Origin: Dipteris shenzhenensis
Lineage: Eukaryota
DNA: 64,000 nt
Direction: 5' to 3' (one strand)
Assembly: GCA_047967505.1 (NCBI GenBank)
Contig: CM106538.1
The notes beneath the pieces are model-generated. The model saw only the letters and a program-made list of their open reading frames with translations, was not told the DNA's origin and did no database searches. Shown here piece after piece: positions 9,999 to 23,052 of this stretch (position 1 is the first letter of the stretch; the number at the start of each line of letters is the position of its first letter). Position numbers and translations under genes: made by a program.

Positions 9999-11988
9999 TT
10001 ATGACCCTATATAGAATGAAGTTTGATAGACAATAAGCATTGCTAGAGAAGGGGATTCTTATAGGTTTGGCACAAGGACATACCTTAGAGAATATCCTTG
10101 TTGGTGTATAGGAAGGAGTTTAGCTAGGTGGTTTCCTCTCATTTCTTCCCCATCCCAATTCCTTAAATCTGAGATAGATGAAGTTTATCGAGTTGATAGA
10201 CAATAAACATTGCTGGAGAAGTAGGTTGTTAAAGGTTTGGCACAAGGACATCGTGTTGTAGATATTTTTGATAAAGCTATTTTGGTCTAACTCTAGAAAG
10301 GAAAATATAGGCAAGGGGGTTGGTAGGTATAAAAGATGTCAAGGCCATAGAGAAGATGTATTTCATTTATTCGTTTCCCATCCTCATAGAAAATTTTACA
10401 GATTCAACTAGGGGGACCTATAAGTTGGAAATCTTTCCTTTTGGGGGGTGCCTATAAACTAAAGTAGAAGCTCTAGAGTCAAATTAGAGCACCTACAATC
10501 TAGTACATTTAGGTGTGCAAAAATATGGAGCTTAATAATGTGGTTGTTAAAAGTGAAGAAAACTTTCTGTTGTGGTTTGACAAGAAAAGTAAGGAGGTTT
10601 CAAAGTTCAACCAATGCCATGCACAAATTTTCAAGGAGGTCAAGAGCACATGGAGGACTTTGTTCAAAGACCCACACACAAGCAAGGGTAGGTTTAGGAG
10701 GGATAACTTTATTAAAAGGATTCTTCATAAGTTTTAGAGAATAAATGCTTCTTTGGAGTTTCCTCAATGAGCACTACCTCAAACTAGAGAAAGATGTATT
10801 ACAAAACTATCTTGTAAGATTTTCCATTACAAAATATATAACTGCTCTTTTGCCCAAAAAAAAGATCTGGCCTACTAGATTTGAATACTATGGTAATTTG
10901 GACGATGTGTCACTATGGAATGATGTGGCATATTAGATGATGTGTAAACTCAAATGATGTGGCATGGCACTAGTGCCATGCATCACACTTGTGGTGACCC
11001 TATCTAACCACATGGACTTGAACTTGATGTGATGATGTGGTAGTTCAACTTGCCATCCCTCCTTGCCATGTGTCCTACGGGAGAAGATGTATTGCCATGT
11101 GGCCTTATCTTACCACAACGAGTGTTTGGATGGAGAAGTTAATGAACTACTATGGTAAATTGGTTGATCTGTAATGCGACATGCCCTATGTTTGTCTTCT
11201 AGTCTCGAGCATCTTGATCAGTGCTATTTGCATGTTTGTTGTACTTTGTTTGCTATGCATCTGTCTATAAATCTATTGTTCACTATGAGGCAGCTTAGGT
11301 GAGTACCTACCATAGCTACAAACGTGCTTGCAAATGCTCATGAGCAATAGGCGTAGGGTGTATAGGGGGTGAAGGAACTACCCAATGCATCCTTCACAAG
11401 GGAGGTGCAAAGGAAAAAAGTCCAAATGGGGATTTGGGGAGCATAGCGGAGATGAAGTACAAATATGCATTAGTAGACTCTGATACAAGCTTGGAGTTAA
11501 TGCATTAGTAGACTCTGTATGTCACATCAACCAATTTACCATAGTACCAAATGCATTAGTGAACAAACAAGCTACTATGAGGAGCTCTCAAGAGCCTTAT
11601 CACAGGGAATGTCGTCTTACTCCAAGAAGAGGAAAATTTGAAAACCTATCCTAAGGTAACTCTGGATTTTGGTGGAGGTGTCTTTCAACAAAATTTCTTC
11701 TTTGGTCAAATTTTTGTTAAAGAGGCTTCACCTTTTAAGGCTATTTGGCAAGTTTTTTGGGGGCACTTCAATAGCATCCATTTTTATAAGGGCATAACTC
11801 TGTTTCCCAAACTCCAAATCCATAGCTTTTAACTTGAACCAAGTTCAAGAGCTCATGACATTGTGTATTGCTCAATTGGCATTTTTGGGTAGCTTGGTTT
11901 ATAGTGGCATTAGAAGACTAGTTTTCAAAGTTCACGAGACATATTTGTGAAATCCACGTGCTGGAGTCATGGCCAAGATGACAATAGT

Positions 11989-12960
11989 GATGGAATTCCA
12001 TGTGCCCATCACTTTAGTGCTTGATGGCAATAACTTCCATATTTAGAAATTCCAAGACAAAAGCTATGGCACCTATTAATGGAAAAGTTATTGCACCAAA
12101 AACATTTGGATCAATTTTGTTTTCATTGGATGAAATTTATGGAACATGTTGATGGAGAAGTGTCTGCTCAAGCAGAGAACTATTATAAGATGAATGACAA
12201 AGTTATAACCATCTTTACATAATGCTTCAAGAATACAATGTTTGCGCAATTGACAAAAGCATATGATGTATGGCTACATTGATGTACATCTATGAGGGCA
12301 AGACATTGGTCACACATCTATTGTCAAATCTTTGAATGAGATCATGATGCAGTAATGGAGCATCCGAACAAGAAGAAGGTCCTCACGGCTAGATTGATGT
12401 ACATCTATGAGGGCAAGACATTGGTCACACATCTATTGTCAAATCTTTGAATGAGATCATGATGCAGTGATGGAGCATCAGAACAAGAAGAAGGTCCTCA
12501 CAGTAAAACAAACAAAGAATGTATTTAAAATGGAAGACTCGCAAGTTTTTTGAATGTATACTCCCAATTCTACCCCCATCGTTTAAGAGCCTTAGGGTAG
12601 TAGTGATTGCTAGAGGTGTGACTATCAAGTTTGACAAATTGATTAGCCTAGTGATCCAAGAGGTGGATCAAAGAAAGAATTGGGGAAGACTATGTTGAGG
12701 GTGCAGTGGACGCAAAGATGTGTCGTATTCAATTCAAAGGCAAGAAGCCTCATACGAATGCACTATACAGTGAGAGTTTTTGGTCTTAACTTAGATAGAA
12801 CAAGAAGAATCAAAGTAAAAAAGATAGCAATATTTTGCCAACCAAAAGTCACCTACAAATAACACAATGAAGTTTTATAATTATGGCAAAAGAGGCCACA
12901 TTGCCAAAGAGTGCACCAACATGCCTAAGGCTAGGCAAGGAAACAATGGCAAGAAATAGT
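11989..12960 (+). mobile_element. Ty1/copia gag remnant
   Basis: MEFHVPITLVLDGNNFHI*KFQ (copia gag N-terminus) and a decayed zinc knuckle FYNYGKRGHIAKEC near 12875-12915. Contains a ~114-bp tandem duplication at 12278-12501. Confidence 0.6.
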
Positions 12961-12970
12961 GCTTGAAGGA

Positions 12971-13156
12971 CACAAGATAAAATCATACATCATATGTTAG
13001 TTGTTAGTTGTTTTGTGATGTGTTTAGTGCGAATATTGTACCGACACATTTGCATGAATCTTTTGTGTACATGCTCATCAAAAGAGCAGTCATTACACAA
13101 AATATGTAGTAAGGATAGATGAATGGATGGATGGATGGATGAACATGTAGATACAT

Positions 13157-13187
<31 letters not shown>

Positions 13188-13634
13188 CATATAGACAAAT
13201 AGACAAAGTGATAGAAAGATAGAGAGATAGAGAAATAGATAGACGTATGGATGGATGGATGGATGGATGTGTATAGATAGATAGTTCGATACACACACAC
13301 ACACAATACACAAGATAAAGTCATACATCATAGGTTAGTTGTTAATTATTTTGTGACATGTTGAGTGCAACTACTGTACTGACACATTTTCATGAATCTT
13401 TTGTGTACATCCTCATCAAAAGAGCAGTCATTACATAAATATGTAGTAAGGATAGATGAACAGATGGATGGATGGATGGATGAATATGTAGATCCATAGA
13501 TATATAGATAGATAGATAGATAGATAGACATATAGACAAATAGACAAAGTGATACAAAGATAGAGAGATAGAGAGATAGATAGACGTATGGATGGATGGA
13601 TGTGTATAGATAGATAGATCGATACACACACACA
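12971..13634. repeat. About 340-bp tandem duplication containing (GATA)n, (GGAT)n and (CA)n microsatellites
   Basis: cacaagataaa.tcatacatcata.gttagttgtta.. starts at 12971 and again at ~13309 with the same internal SSR order. Confidence 0.9.
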
Positions 13635-13686
13635 CTTTTTTTTTAAGTGAAAGTACACACACACACATACACACAGTACACTTGTC

Positions 13687-14133
<447 letters not shown>

Positions 14134-14199
14134 CTGATAGCATGTTCTAACTCCTCACACCTATCAATGTATGATAGCATGTTCTACCCTAACAACTCT

Positions 14200-14972
14200 T
14201 GTAAGCTACTAGTCTTATTTTCTTTTGTACTCTTACTCTTAGTGTCCATGCTCCCCCATTTTGCCTCAAAGGAAGTCCAAACGGTGGATGCCCTAAGTAG
14301 TATAGAGTTCCGATTTACGTAGGGATGAGAGCAGGGGGTATTTTTCCATTTGGAATCTCTCAATGGCCTGACATTAAAAAAAATTCTCATTAAAAGCTGA
14401 GACCACACAAGTTAGTACAGCCTTTATGACCCAAGATGTTGAGAGTTTAGAGTTACCTCTTGAATATCAGGCAACCGCTATCCACCCTTAGCTGAAAAGT
14501 GTTTCTCCCTAGAGTTTGTGCATGGGAGTTCCTCTTCTAAGCCCATCCTCTAAGAGATAAGTCACCATTGCATCTCCTTGAGTTATCTATCCTTAAAGTT
14601 CTTAGACCATCTTGGTTTTCTTTTAATGTCTTCAAGACTATCTTTATTAATTTGAATCGAGTCTTCAGTTTCTTAATCTACTAGGGTCTTAAAGGCTTTG
14701 TGATATAATGGAGAGGGCCTCTTTTTATTTAATAGTGCATTCTCCAAGCTCATGAAGGCTCTAATCTACAATCTTGTCTCACTCAACTCTAATCTCTATC
14801 TACTCTTTTCTTCCTTTGGAACCCACTTTTCCCTTTGAGGTGGGGTTGGTGGAGCTACTGTTGGTTCTTGAGCAAGTTTTTCCTTATTCTTCCTCTGAGA
14901 GTAATTATTTACAATGTGGCACTGAAGAAGCAAGATTTTGGTAGATTCTTATAAATCAATTGTTGCTCTTTA
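14200..14972 (-). mobile_element. LINE (L1-like) remnant: ORF1 zinc-knuckle region and start of ORF2 endonuclease
   Basis: KEQQLIYKNLPKSCF..HIVNN (zf-CCHC_4-like) near 14900-14970 and MRIFFNVRPLRD (decayed MxIxSWNVRGL) near 14390. Confidence 0.5.
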
Positions 14973-17223
14973 TGTAAGAAAATAATACAACATCTGTGCT
15001 CAATAGATAACAGGATCTCGTATGGAGCATTGATATCTAACACCCCCCCTCAATGTCCACCCGTAAGTGAACTTACTTTTTTGGTCCAATGCCAAGTCAA
15101 TGAAGATGCCTCTCCAGCAAGTCTCTTCCAAGAGCCTTCGTGAAGATGTCCACAGTATTCTCTATAGTCGAACAGTACACCAAGTCCACCTCTCCATCCA
15201 TGATGAGCTCGCGTACAAAGTGATATTGAATCTCAATGTGTTTTGTGCGAGCGTGGAACACCGAGTTCTTTGCAATCGCCATGCAACTCTAATTGTCACA
15301 TGATAACTGCATAGGCCTATTCTGCACTACACCCATGTCCCCCAAAATCCTCCTCAACCACATTGCCTCACAAGAAGCAAAGCATGCAGACTTGTACTCG
15401 GCCTCGGTGGAAGAAAGAGCAACTATGGGTTGCTCCTTACTGACCCATGACACAACTCCAGATCCAAGTGAGATACAGTACCCTGTCACTGATCTCCTAC
15501 CGTCCACGTCTCCTGCCCAATCCAAGTCACAGAATCCGGTCAAGATGTTGCCCTTTGTATAGGTGATGCCATAATCAAAGTGTGCCTTTGATGTATTCCA
15601 ACGCATCCCTGCCCTCCAATGGTTCTCCCGGGGCTTATTGGAAAACTTGCTTAGTACACCAGTCGCAAAACTGATGTCCAGTCGTGTGTTGTATAGGTAA
15701 ATCAAGCTACCCACAAGCCTTCTGTACTTCGCTTTGTCCACGTGTGGTGATGAATCCTCATTTGAGAGCTTCACGTCAACCTCCTAGGGGTACCAACTGT
15801 CTTGCACTCAGCCATGCCAAATGCCTTTAGTATCTCTCCAACATACTTCAGCTGTGAAATGAAGATCTGTTTCGGCTCCTGCCAAACTTCAATCCCCAAA
15901 CAGAAGTGGCATCAGTCCGAGGTCTATCATTTCAAACTCTCTTCCTAGCAAATGCTTCGTCTGCGAGATCTCTTCATGGTTCCCTATTATGACAAGGTCG
16001 TCCACATAAAGGACCACGATCATACACCTGCCTCCTTCTTTGAAGATATACAAATTTGCATCAAATGGGCTCCTCCTGAACTCGTTTTGCAAAAAGTAGG
16101 CATTAATTCGCTGGTACCATGTTTGTGGGGCCTGTTTCAGCCTATAAATTGCCTTCTTCAGTTTGTAGACTTTACCTTCTGAACCGGGGATCTCAAAACC
16201 TAGTGGTTGTTCCATGTATACCTCCTCCTTGAGATCTCCATTTAGAAAGGTGGATTTCACATCCATCTGAAACACGGGCCAACTTCCATGGGCAGCTAAA
16301 GCCAAAACACTGCCAATTGTGGTTAGTTGAGCTATGGGAGCAAAAGTATCTTGATAATCAAAACCATGTACCTGTGCAAACCCTTTTGCCATGAGCTGAG
16401 CCTTGTACTTATCCAACGTGCCATCGGACTTGTACTTCGTCTTGTACACCCACTTGGTTCCGATTACCTTGCATTTTGGTGGTCGATCCACAAGGTCCCA
16501 AGTGTTGTTCTTCATTATGGAGCCACACTCTGACTACATAGCCTCCATCCACATATCATTACCCTGTGCCTCTTCAAGACACTTGGGTTCATCAGCACGG
16601 ATCACTTCTATCATCAAAGCATAGTTGACCAAGTGTTCCTGCGCCCTTCTTTGCTCCTCTAATCTCTTGGACCGGCGGTGTTTGGATGGTTCCTCCTCAA
16701 TGGCTGGAGGTTCTCTGCCATCCAAAAGCTGCTTTACCCACTTCGGGAATAGTCGTTGCCGTTGTGGTTCTACAGGCTCTTCTTCATCTTCTTTGTCTTG
16801 AATCCTCCCAAGCACCATTGGGGGAGTTCGGTCTGCTATTGGTGGCGGTACTGGATGGATATCCTGGTCCTGGTTATCTGGGAAGAAAGCATCCTCCTCC
16901 AATTGATGCAGCTGTTCTGAGAAGACCACATCGCGACTTACAATTACCTTCTTGGTAACAGGGTTATAGAGACGGTAACCCTTCGCCTCTTCACTGTAGC
17001 CCAAGAAAATACACTTCCGGCTCTTTGGTTCCCATTTGGTCCTGGTAGCATCAGGGACATGCACAAAACAATCACATCCAAAAACTTTGAAATGTGCAGC
17101 TGAAGGTTTCTTACCAAAAAGGCTTGCAGTGGAGTCATCCCGTTCATAGCCTTCGTGTAGCTATGATTCAAGATGTAAACTGCAGTGTTACATGCTTCAG
17201 CCTAGAAAGACTTTGGCAAATCT

Positions 17224-17398
17224 TGAGAGTGCTCTCAACGGAAGCAAGAACGAAAGGAGGAGAGAGAGAGAGAGACAGAGAGCCACACAAGTTTTGGTGG
17301 GTGCAGAACCACCCTAATCTTCTTTTTCATTCATTTATATGTGTGTTTGAGTATTGTACATAACCGGGGTTAAGGCACAGTGACCTTTAACCCCCACA
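17224..17398 (-). repeat. 3' LTR of nested copia (175 bp)
   Basis: Matches 22881-23052 except about 4 substitutions and 2 small indels by eye. Confidence 0.95.
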
Positions 17399-17451
17399 AC
17401 CTCCCACTTAAAGGGCAATGTGCCTTTAAGAGAGAACAACTAGTGAGCATA

Positions 17452-20400
17452 CTATCCAATGCCCATCAATACACGACAATACTCAAACCGCTGACTAGGT
17501 AGACTCTTCGTCAGCATATCTACAGGGTTATCATCTATATAAACCTTGACAAGCTCTATGCGCTTGTCCTCAAGTACCTCCCTAATGAAATGGTACCTGA
17601 CCTCAATGTGTTTGGTCTTTGCATGAAAGACTGGATTCCGTGCTAGCTGAATAGCACTCATGGAATCACTATGCAATGTTGGTACACCTGTGTGAATCCC
17701 CAAATCTCCCACTAGCCGATCAAGCCATATAGCCTCCTTGCAACCCTCTGTGGCTGCAACATACTCAGCCTCTGTGGTAGACAAAGCAATGCACTTTTGT
17801 GTGTGAGACATCCACGACACTGCACCACCTGCAAAGGTGAACACATAACCAGAAGTGGATCTCCTACTATCCACATGCCCTGCATAGTCTGAATCTGTGT
17901 ACCCAAGTACACGCATGTCTCCTTTACCAAAGCAGATGCACATCTCCTTGGTACCCTTCATGTACCTCATGATGCACTTAACTGCCTCCCAATGCCTCTT
18001 TCCTGGATTAGCCATATACCGGCTAACAACTCCCACTGCAAATGCAATGTCTGGTCTAGTAGCTATCATAGCATACATAAGACTCCCAACTGCTGATGCA
18101 TAAGGAACCTTGGCCATCATGGCCCTCTCCTCATCTGATTTGGGACTATCTGTATGACTCAGTTTCACATATGGAGGCAATGGAGTACTCACTACCTTCC
18201 CCCCCTCCATATTGAAACGTTGCAATACTTTTGTAACATACTCTTTTTGTGAAAGCCAAAGGAGTTTCCTACTCCGATCACGCGTGATGCGCATACCAAG
18301 AATATGACCTGCAAGTCCCAAATCCATCATATCAAAGGCCTCATGCAACTTGGCCTTTAATGCATCTAGCTCATAAGTATTCTTGCTAGCCAATAGCATA
18401 TCATCCACATATAGTGCCAAGATTATCAGGCTATTATCCTTAGCCCTTTTAGTGTAGAGGCAGTGGTCAATTTCACTCCTTCTAAAACCCTGGACCGAAT
18501 GAAAGCATCAAACTTCTGATACCATTCTCTAGGCACTTGCTTAAGACCATAGAGACTCTTCTTTAGCTTGCAAACTAAATGCTCTTTGCCCTTTTCTTCA
18601 AAGCCTTCCGGCTGCACCATGTAAATTTCCTCATGCAAATCCCCATGCAAGAAAGCTGTGTTGACATCCATCTGCATAAGCTCCATATCCTCTAATGGCA
18701 CTAGTCCAAGCATGCATCTAAGTGTGGTCATCTTCACAACTGGAGAGAATATCTCATCAAAGTCCACACCCTTATCTTGCTTGAACCCTTTAGCAACCAA
18801 ATGGGCCTTGTACCTAGGCACATCATCACCTGTGACCTTCATTTTGTAGACCCATTTACATGGCAATGCTTTCTTTCCATGTGGCAAAGAAACCAAGTCC
18901 CAAGTCTTATTCTTCATAAGTGAACTCATCTCTGATTGCATAGCATACTCCCACTTGCGTTGATCCTCACGCATCATAGCCTCTTTGTAGCAAGAAGGCT
19001 CCCCGCAATCAGTAAGCATCACATAGTCTACCCCTGGAACAAACCTATCAGGCGGTCTAGACACTCTAGATGATCTTCTCAATGGCATTTCAGCTTGCTG
19101 TCCCACCTGCATATCAGCCACATTTGGCTCATCATTTCCACCAATAGATGATCCATCATCTACCCTTGATTGTATACCTGTGGGAGTACTTGGTGGCACC
19201 ATTTCTTGCACATTTGGTGCATGGACAGCTTGCTGTCTATCAACATATGCAGGTGGATTCACATCCTGGAAAGTGATTCTCCTCATTTCCACATCCCTGA
19301 TGGGTGCCTTATGCATCTTCTTCTCATTGAAGACCACATCATGGTTGCGTATGATCTTCTTTGCTTCTGGATCCCAGAGATGATAGCCCATCTCTCCACT
19401 TTCACCATAACCCAGAAAGATGCATTTCCTAGACTTAGGATCTAGCTTCTTTCGAAGCTCTTTTGGCACATGTGCATATGCCTCACACCCAAATATACGC
19501 AAATGAGAGTAAGAGGGCTTCTTGCCACTCCATGCCTCTTCAGGAATACCACCATCCAAACTCTTACTGGGTGATCTATTGATCACATGCATTGTAGTCT
19601 TTATTGCCTCAGCCCAAAAACCACCAGAAAGACTTGCATTGGAAAGCATGCATTGCAACCTTTCTTGAATGGTACGGTTCATCTTTTCTGCAATTGGATT
19701 TTGCTCTGGAGTACGAGGGGATGTAAGCTCCCTCTTAATCCCACGAGTATCACAGAAATGCTGAAAGTCATGAGAGAGATACTCTCCACCATTGTCAGCA
19801 GTCCGTAGGCATTTAAGTGTTCTACCTGACTGATTCTCAACCAAGGCCAGCCATTTCTGAAATACCTGGAACACATCACTCTTTCGAGCTATAGCATAAG
19901 CCCACACTTTCCTAGTTGCATCATCAATGAATGTCACATAGTATTCAGCCCCGCCTAATGACCGTGTAGGCATGGGACCACATACGTCTGAATGCACCAA
20001 ATCAAGCTTTTCAAATTCTTTCTTTCCCCTTCTTTTATGGGCTGATTTAGTCTTCTTTCCATAGAGACAATGCTCACAAAATTCAAAGTCAGAGAAACTC
20101 AAATGCGGTACATAACCCAAACGGCATAAGAGTTTCATTCCATTCTGGCTCATGTGCCCCAACCTGCAATGCCACAAAGAAGTGCTTGGCTGCTCGGTTA
20201 TTGCAACAACATGATCAAATACCCCTGATACATGTAAGGGATACAAAGTCCCACACTTGGCACCCAGCTGACCCACTGAAATAAGACTCTTGGTCAGCTT
20301 AGGCACATGTCTCACATGTTTCAAAACAAATGCAGACCCATTTGCAAAAGAAAACTTTATCACGTGCTCCCACTATGTCACATGCATAGTCATTTCCAAG

Positions 20401-21440
20401 ATGCACACAACCTGTCTTTCCACTGTCATAAGTGGAGAACCATTCCCTATGGGGAGTAACATGGAATGAAGCACCAGAATCCAAAATCCAATCCTGGGAA
20501 TATGCATCATCTGAAGTGGTAAGCAACTCTGTAGATAAACTAGACATGAAGAGAACATCATTGTCACTATCATGTGTGACTGCATTGATCTCCTCGATTT
20601 TCACTTTTCCTTTGTCCTCCCTTGGATTCTCTTCCTTTTGATTTGCACCCCAATTTGCATTCTTTTTCTTATCCTTTTGCTCTCTTTTCAGCTTGTAGCA
20701 ATCCTTTTTCATATGGCCCTTCTTGCCACAATGGTAACACTCAATGTTCTGTGCCCTGGATTTGCTACGAGACTTCCCTCTTTCTTGGGACTTCCCCCTG
20801 AACTGTGATCTGCCCCTTTGCACATTTAAGGCTGCATCCTGCTTGTTGCCATCCATAGACTTCCGTCTAATCTCCTCGGCCAACAAGCTACCCACAACAT
20901 CATCAAATTTCAGTACTCCACTAGGTGCAGAGTTACTGATAGCTGTACGAAAGGTATCCCATGAGGATGGCAATGAACATAAGAGAAATATTGCCTTAGT
21001 CTCCGCATCAAAATTCATTTTCTGAGCCTGAAGCTGGCTGAAAATAATATTGAATTCATTCAAGTGAGAAGCAATGGAGACCCCTTCCTTCATCTGCAGC
21101 TCAAACAACCTCTTCATGAGGTAAACTTTATTAGAGGCAATTTCCTTCTCATAAGTGGCACACAGTTTCTTCCACAAATCTTCCGTAGTCTGCTCATTTA
21201 CTACTGTGAAATAAACTGACTCTGCAAGATGAAGTCTAATAGTATACTTTGCTAATGCATCCAACTCATTCCAATCATCCTCAAACATATCCGCAGGCTT
21301 AACTTCAATCCCTGCCAAGGGTTTAATCTGCTTCTTTTGAATAAGCACATCCCTTATTTGTTCTTTCCACAAATAAAGTTTGTCCCATCAAACTTTTTAA
21401 TGCTGAAAAACTCCTTTTCAGACATGGAAGAGGATGCCAT
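17452..21440 (-). pseudogene. Copia gag-pol polyprotein, frameshifted (gag, CCHC knuckle, protease, integrase, RT, RNase H)
   Basis: ATG at 21440 (MASSSMSEKEFFSIKKFDGTN). ORFs 20299..21372 (CYHCGKKGHMKKDC, WILDSGAS), 18426..20363 (IN and RT N-terminus) and 17452..18420 (YVDD, YTDSDYAG) are joined by frameshifts near 21380, 20363 and 18490. Confidence 0.93.
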
Positions 21441-22880
21441 GATGCAAATAAAGCAAAATCCCAAATGCTAGTGCCTGCAAGAGAGAATCACAACAAATAC
21501 CAGATGCACCCAAATGTGTATGCCACAATAGAGTGAAATATCACCAAAACTCAAAGCTCAAAGCATCAAAAGATGCATCTGACTCATGTGCATATACTAT
21601 GCATCCATATGAGCAAATCTGACCCAAAAGAAAATGCCAATAAGTGCCAAATGACTCAAGCATAAACACCGTCCACTGGCATATGCATCAATAATATCTC
21701 ATCCAAGAGAGCATAGCACTATCAGTGCATCACCAGCAATGTGTCAAAGCTGTCCCTCAGCATAAAATAGCATCCATGTGCAAAGCGTCCATAAAAAATA
21801 GCATCCCACAAGGCAATTTGGGCCTATCAGCTCATCCAACAAGGACCGCAATGCATCCAAATGGCCTATAAATCATCCATTGCAACCCAATGCATACCAC
21901 GAATGAGCGCACACTGCTCAAACTGCAACCAGAGTGATCTGCATAAGGTATGCTCAAGAAATCATAGTCCCACGGTAATGAGCGCTACTGAAAATAGAAC
22001 CTGAGATGCTTCAAAACATGGGCGCCATTGCATAATCGGACTCAGCAAGAAAATCTGCAAATATCTCTCTTCTGCCAGAACTCCAAAATCCCAACTGATG
22101 AGTGAGAAATGGGAGTCAACACTTATCCACTGCCATGTGGCATAAATCTAAGGTTTCAAAACCTTAGAATGAAAAATGCGTAACAGAGAGACGGAATCGA
22201 ATACACAGAGATCTATAACTCTGAAAATCCTCCACCGAATCATGCAAGAACTGATAGGTAGGGGTTTTTAGGCGTCCGGAACGCAATGGGATAGACGGTT
22301 TTGAAAACCGTGGTCTCAATCACTGGGTCCAACACACGGGCTGAAAAACGTTTTTTGAAACAGAGCTGTTTGTAAACTCCACCGGAGTACGAATGATGAG
22401 CAACATAGAAGTTTTAGGACCTCCTGAGTCCACCAGAACTGACAAATCTGCAAATGGTTGCTCCAAACTTGAGTTCCAACACCCGGGCAAAAAACGCAAG
22501 AACTGACACAGTGAGTCAGAAATCCAATGAAATGATCCCAGATTCAAGAATGAAGGTATTTCCAAGCTCCTGAAGTGAAGTGGACACCAAAAGCAAGCAA
22601 TAGTTGCATCTACAAGTCAATACAGAGTCTCTGTCATCGAACGGAACAGGGAAAAGCTCAAAAAACGACTTTTTTTTTTGAAAGCACTTAACAGGCTCTC
22701 AAAACCACTTCGCAAAGCCAAAGTGACTTTTCCAAATGTTTCTCCAAGGTCTCTGCACACTCGAATGCAAGTAAAGTCGCCCACAAAGCTTCCCACAGAG
22801 CTTCTCCTTCCTCCCACAGAGCTGCTGAGCTTCAAGCATTCACGCACGCTCAGCTAGATCACCCGGGCTCTGATACCAGT

Positions 22881-23052
22881 TGAGAGTGCTCTCAACGGAA
22901 GCAAGAACGGAAGAAGGAGAGAGAGAGAGACAGAGAGCCACACAAGTTTTGGTGGGTGCAGAACCACCCTAATCTTCTTTTTCATTCATTTATATGTGTG
23001 TTTCAGTATTGTACATAACCGGGGTTAAGGCATAGTGACTTTAACCCCCACA
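22881..23052 (-). repeat. 5' LTR of nested copia (172 bp)
   Basis: TG..CA termini; PBS immediately downstream on the minus strand. Confidence 0.95.

Larger units (their letters stand above)
17224..23052 (-). mobile_element. Structurally complete Ty1/copia (Tnt1/Tork-like) LTR retrotransposon, 5.8 kb, with 5-bp TSD AATCT
   Basis: TG..CA LTRs at 17224-17398 and 22881-23052; TSD aatct at 17219-17223 and 23053-23057; PBS TGGTATCAGAGCCC at 22865-22878; PPT AAGTGGGAGGT next to 17399; gag-PR-IN-RT-RH in order. Confidence 0.97.
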
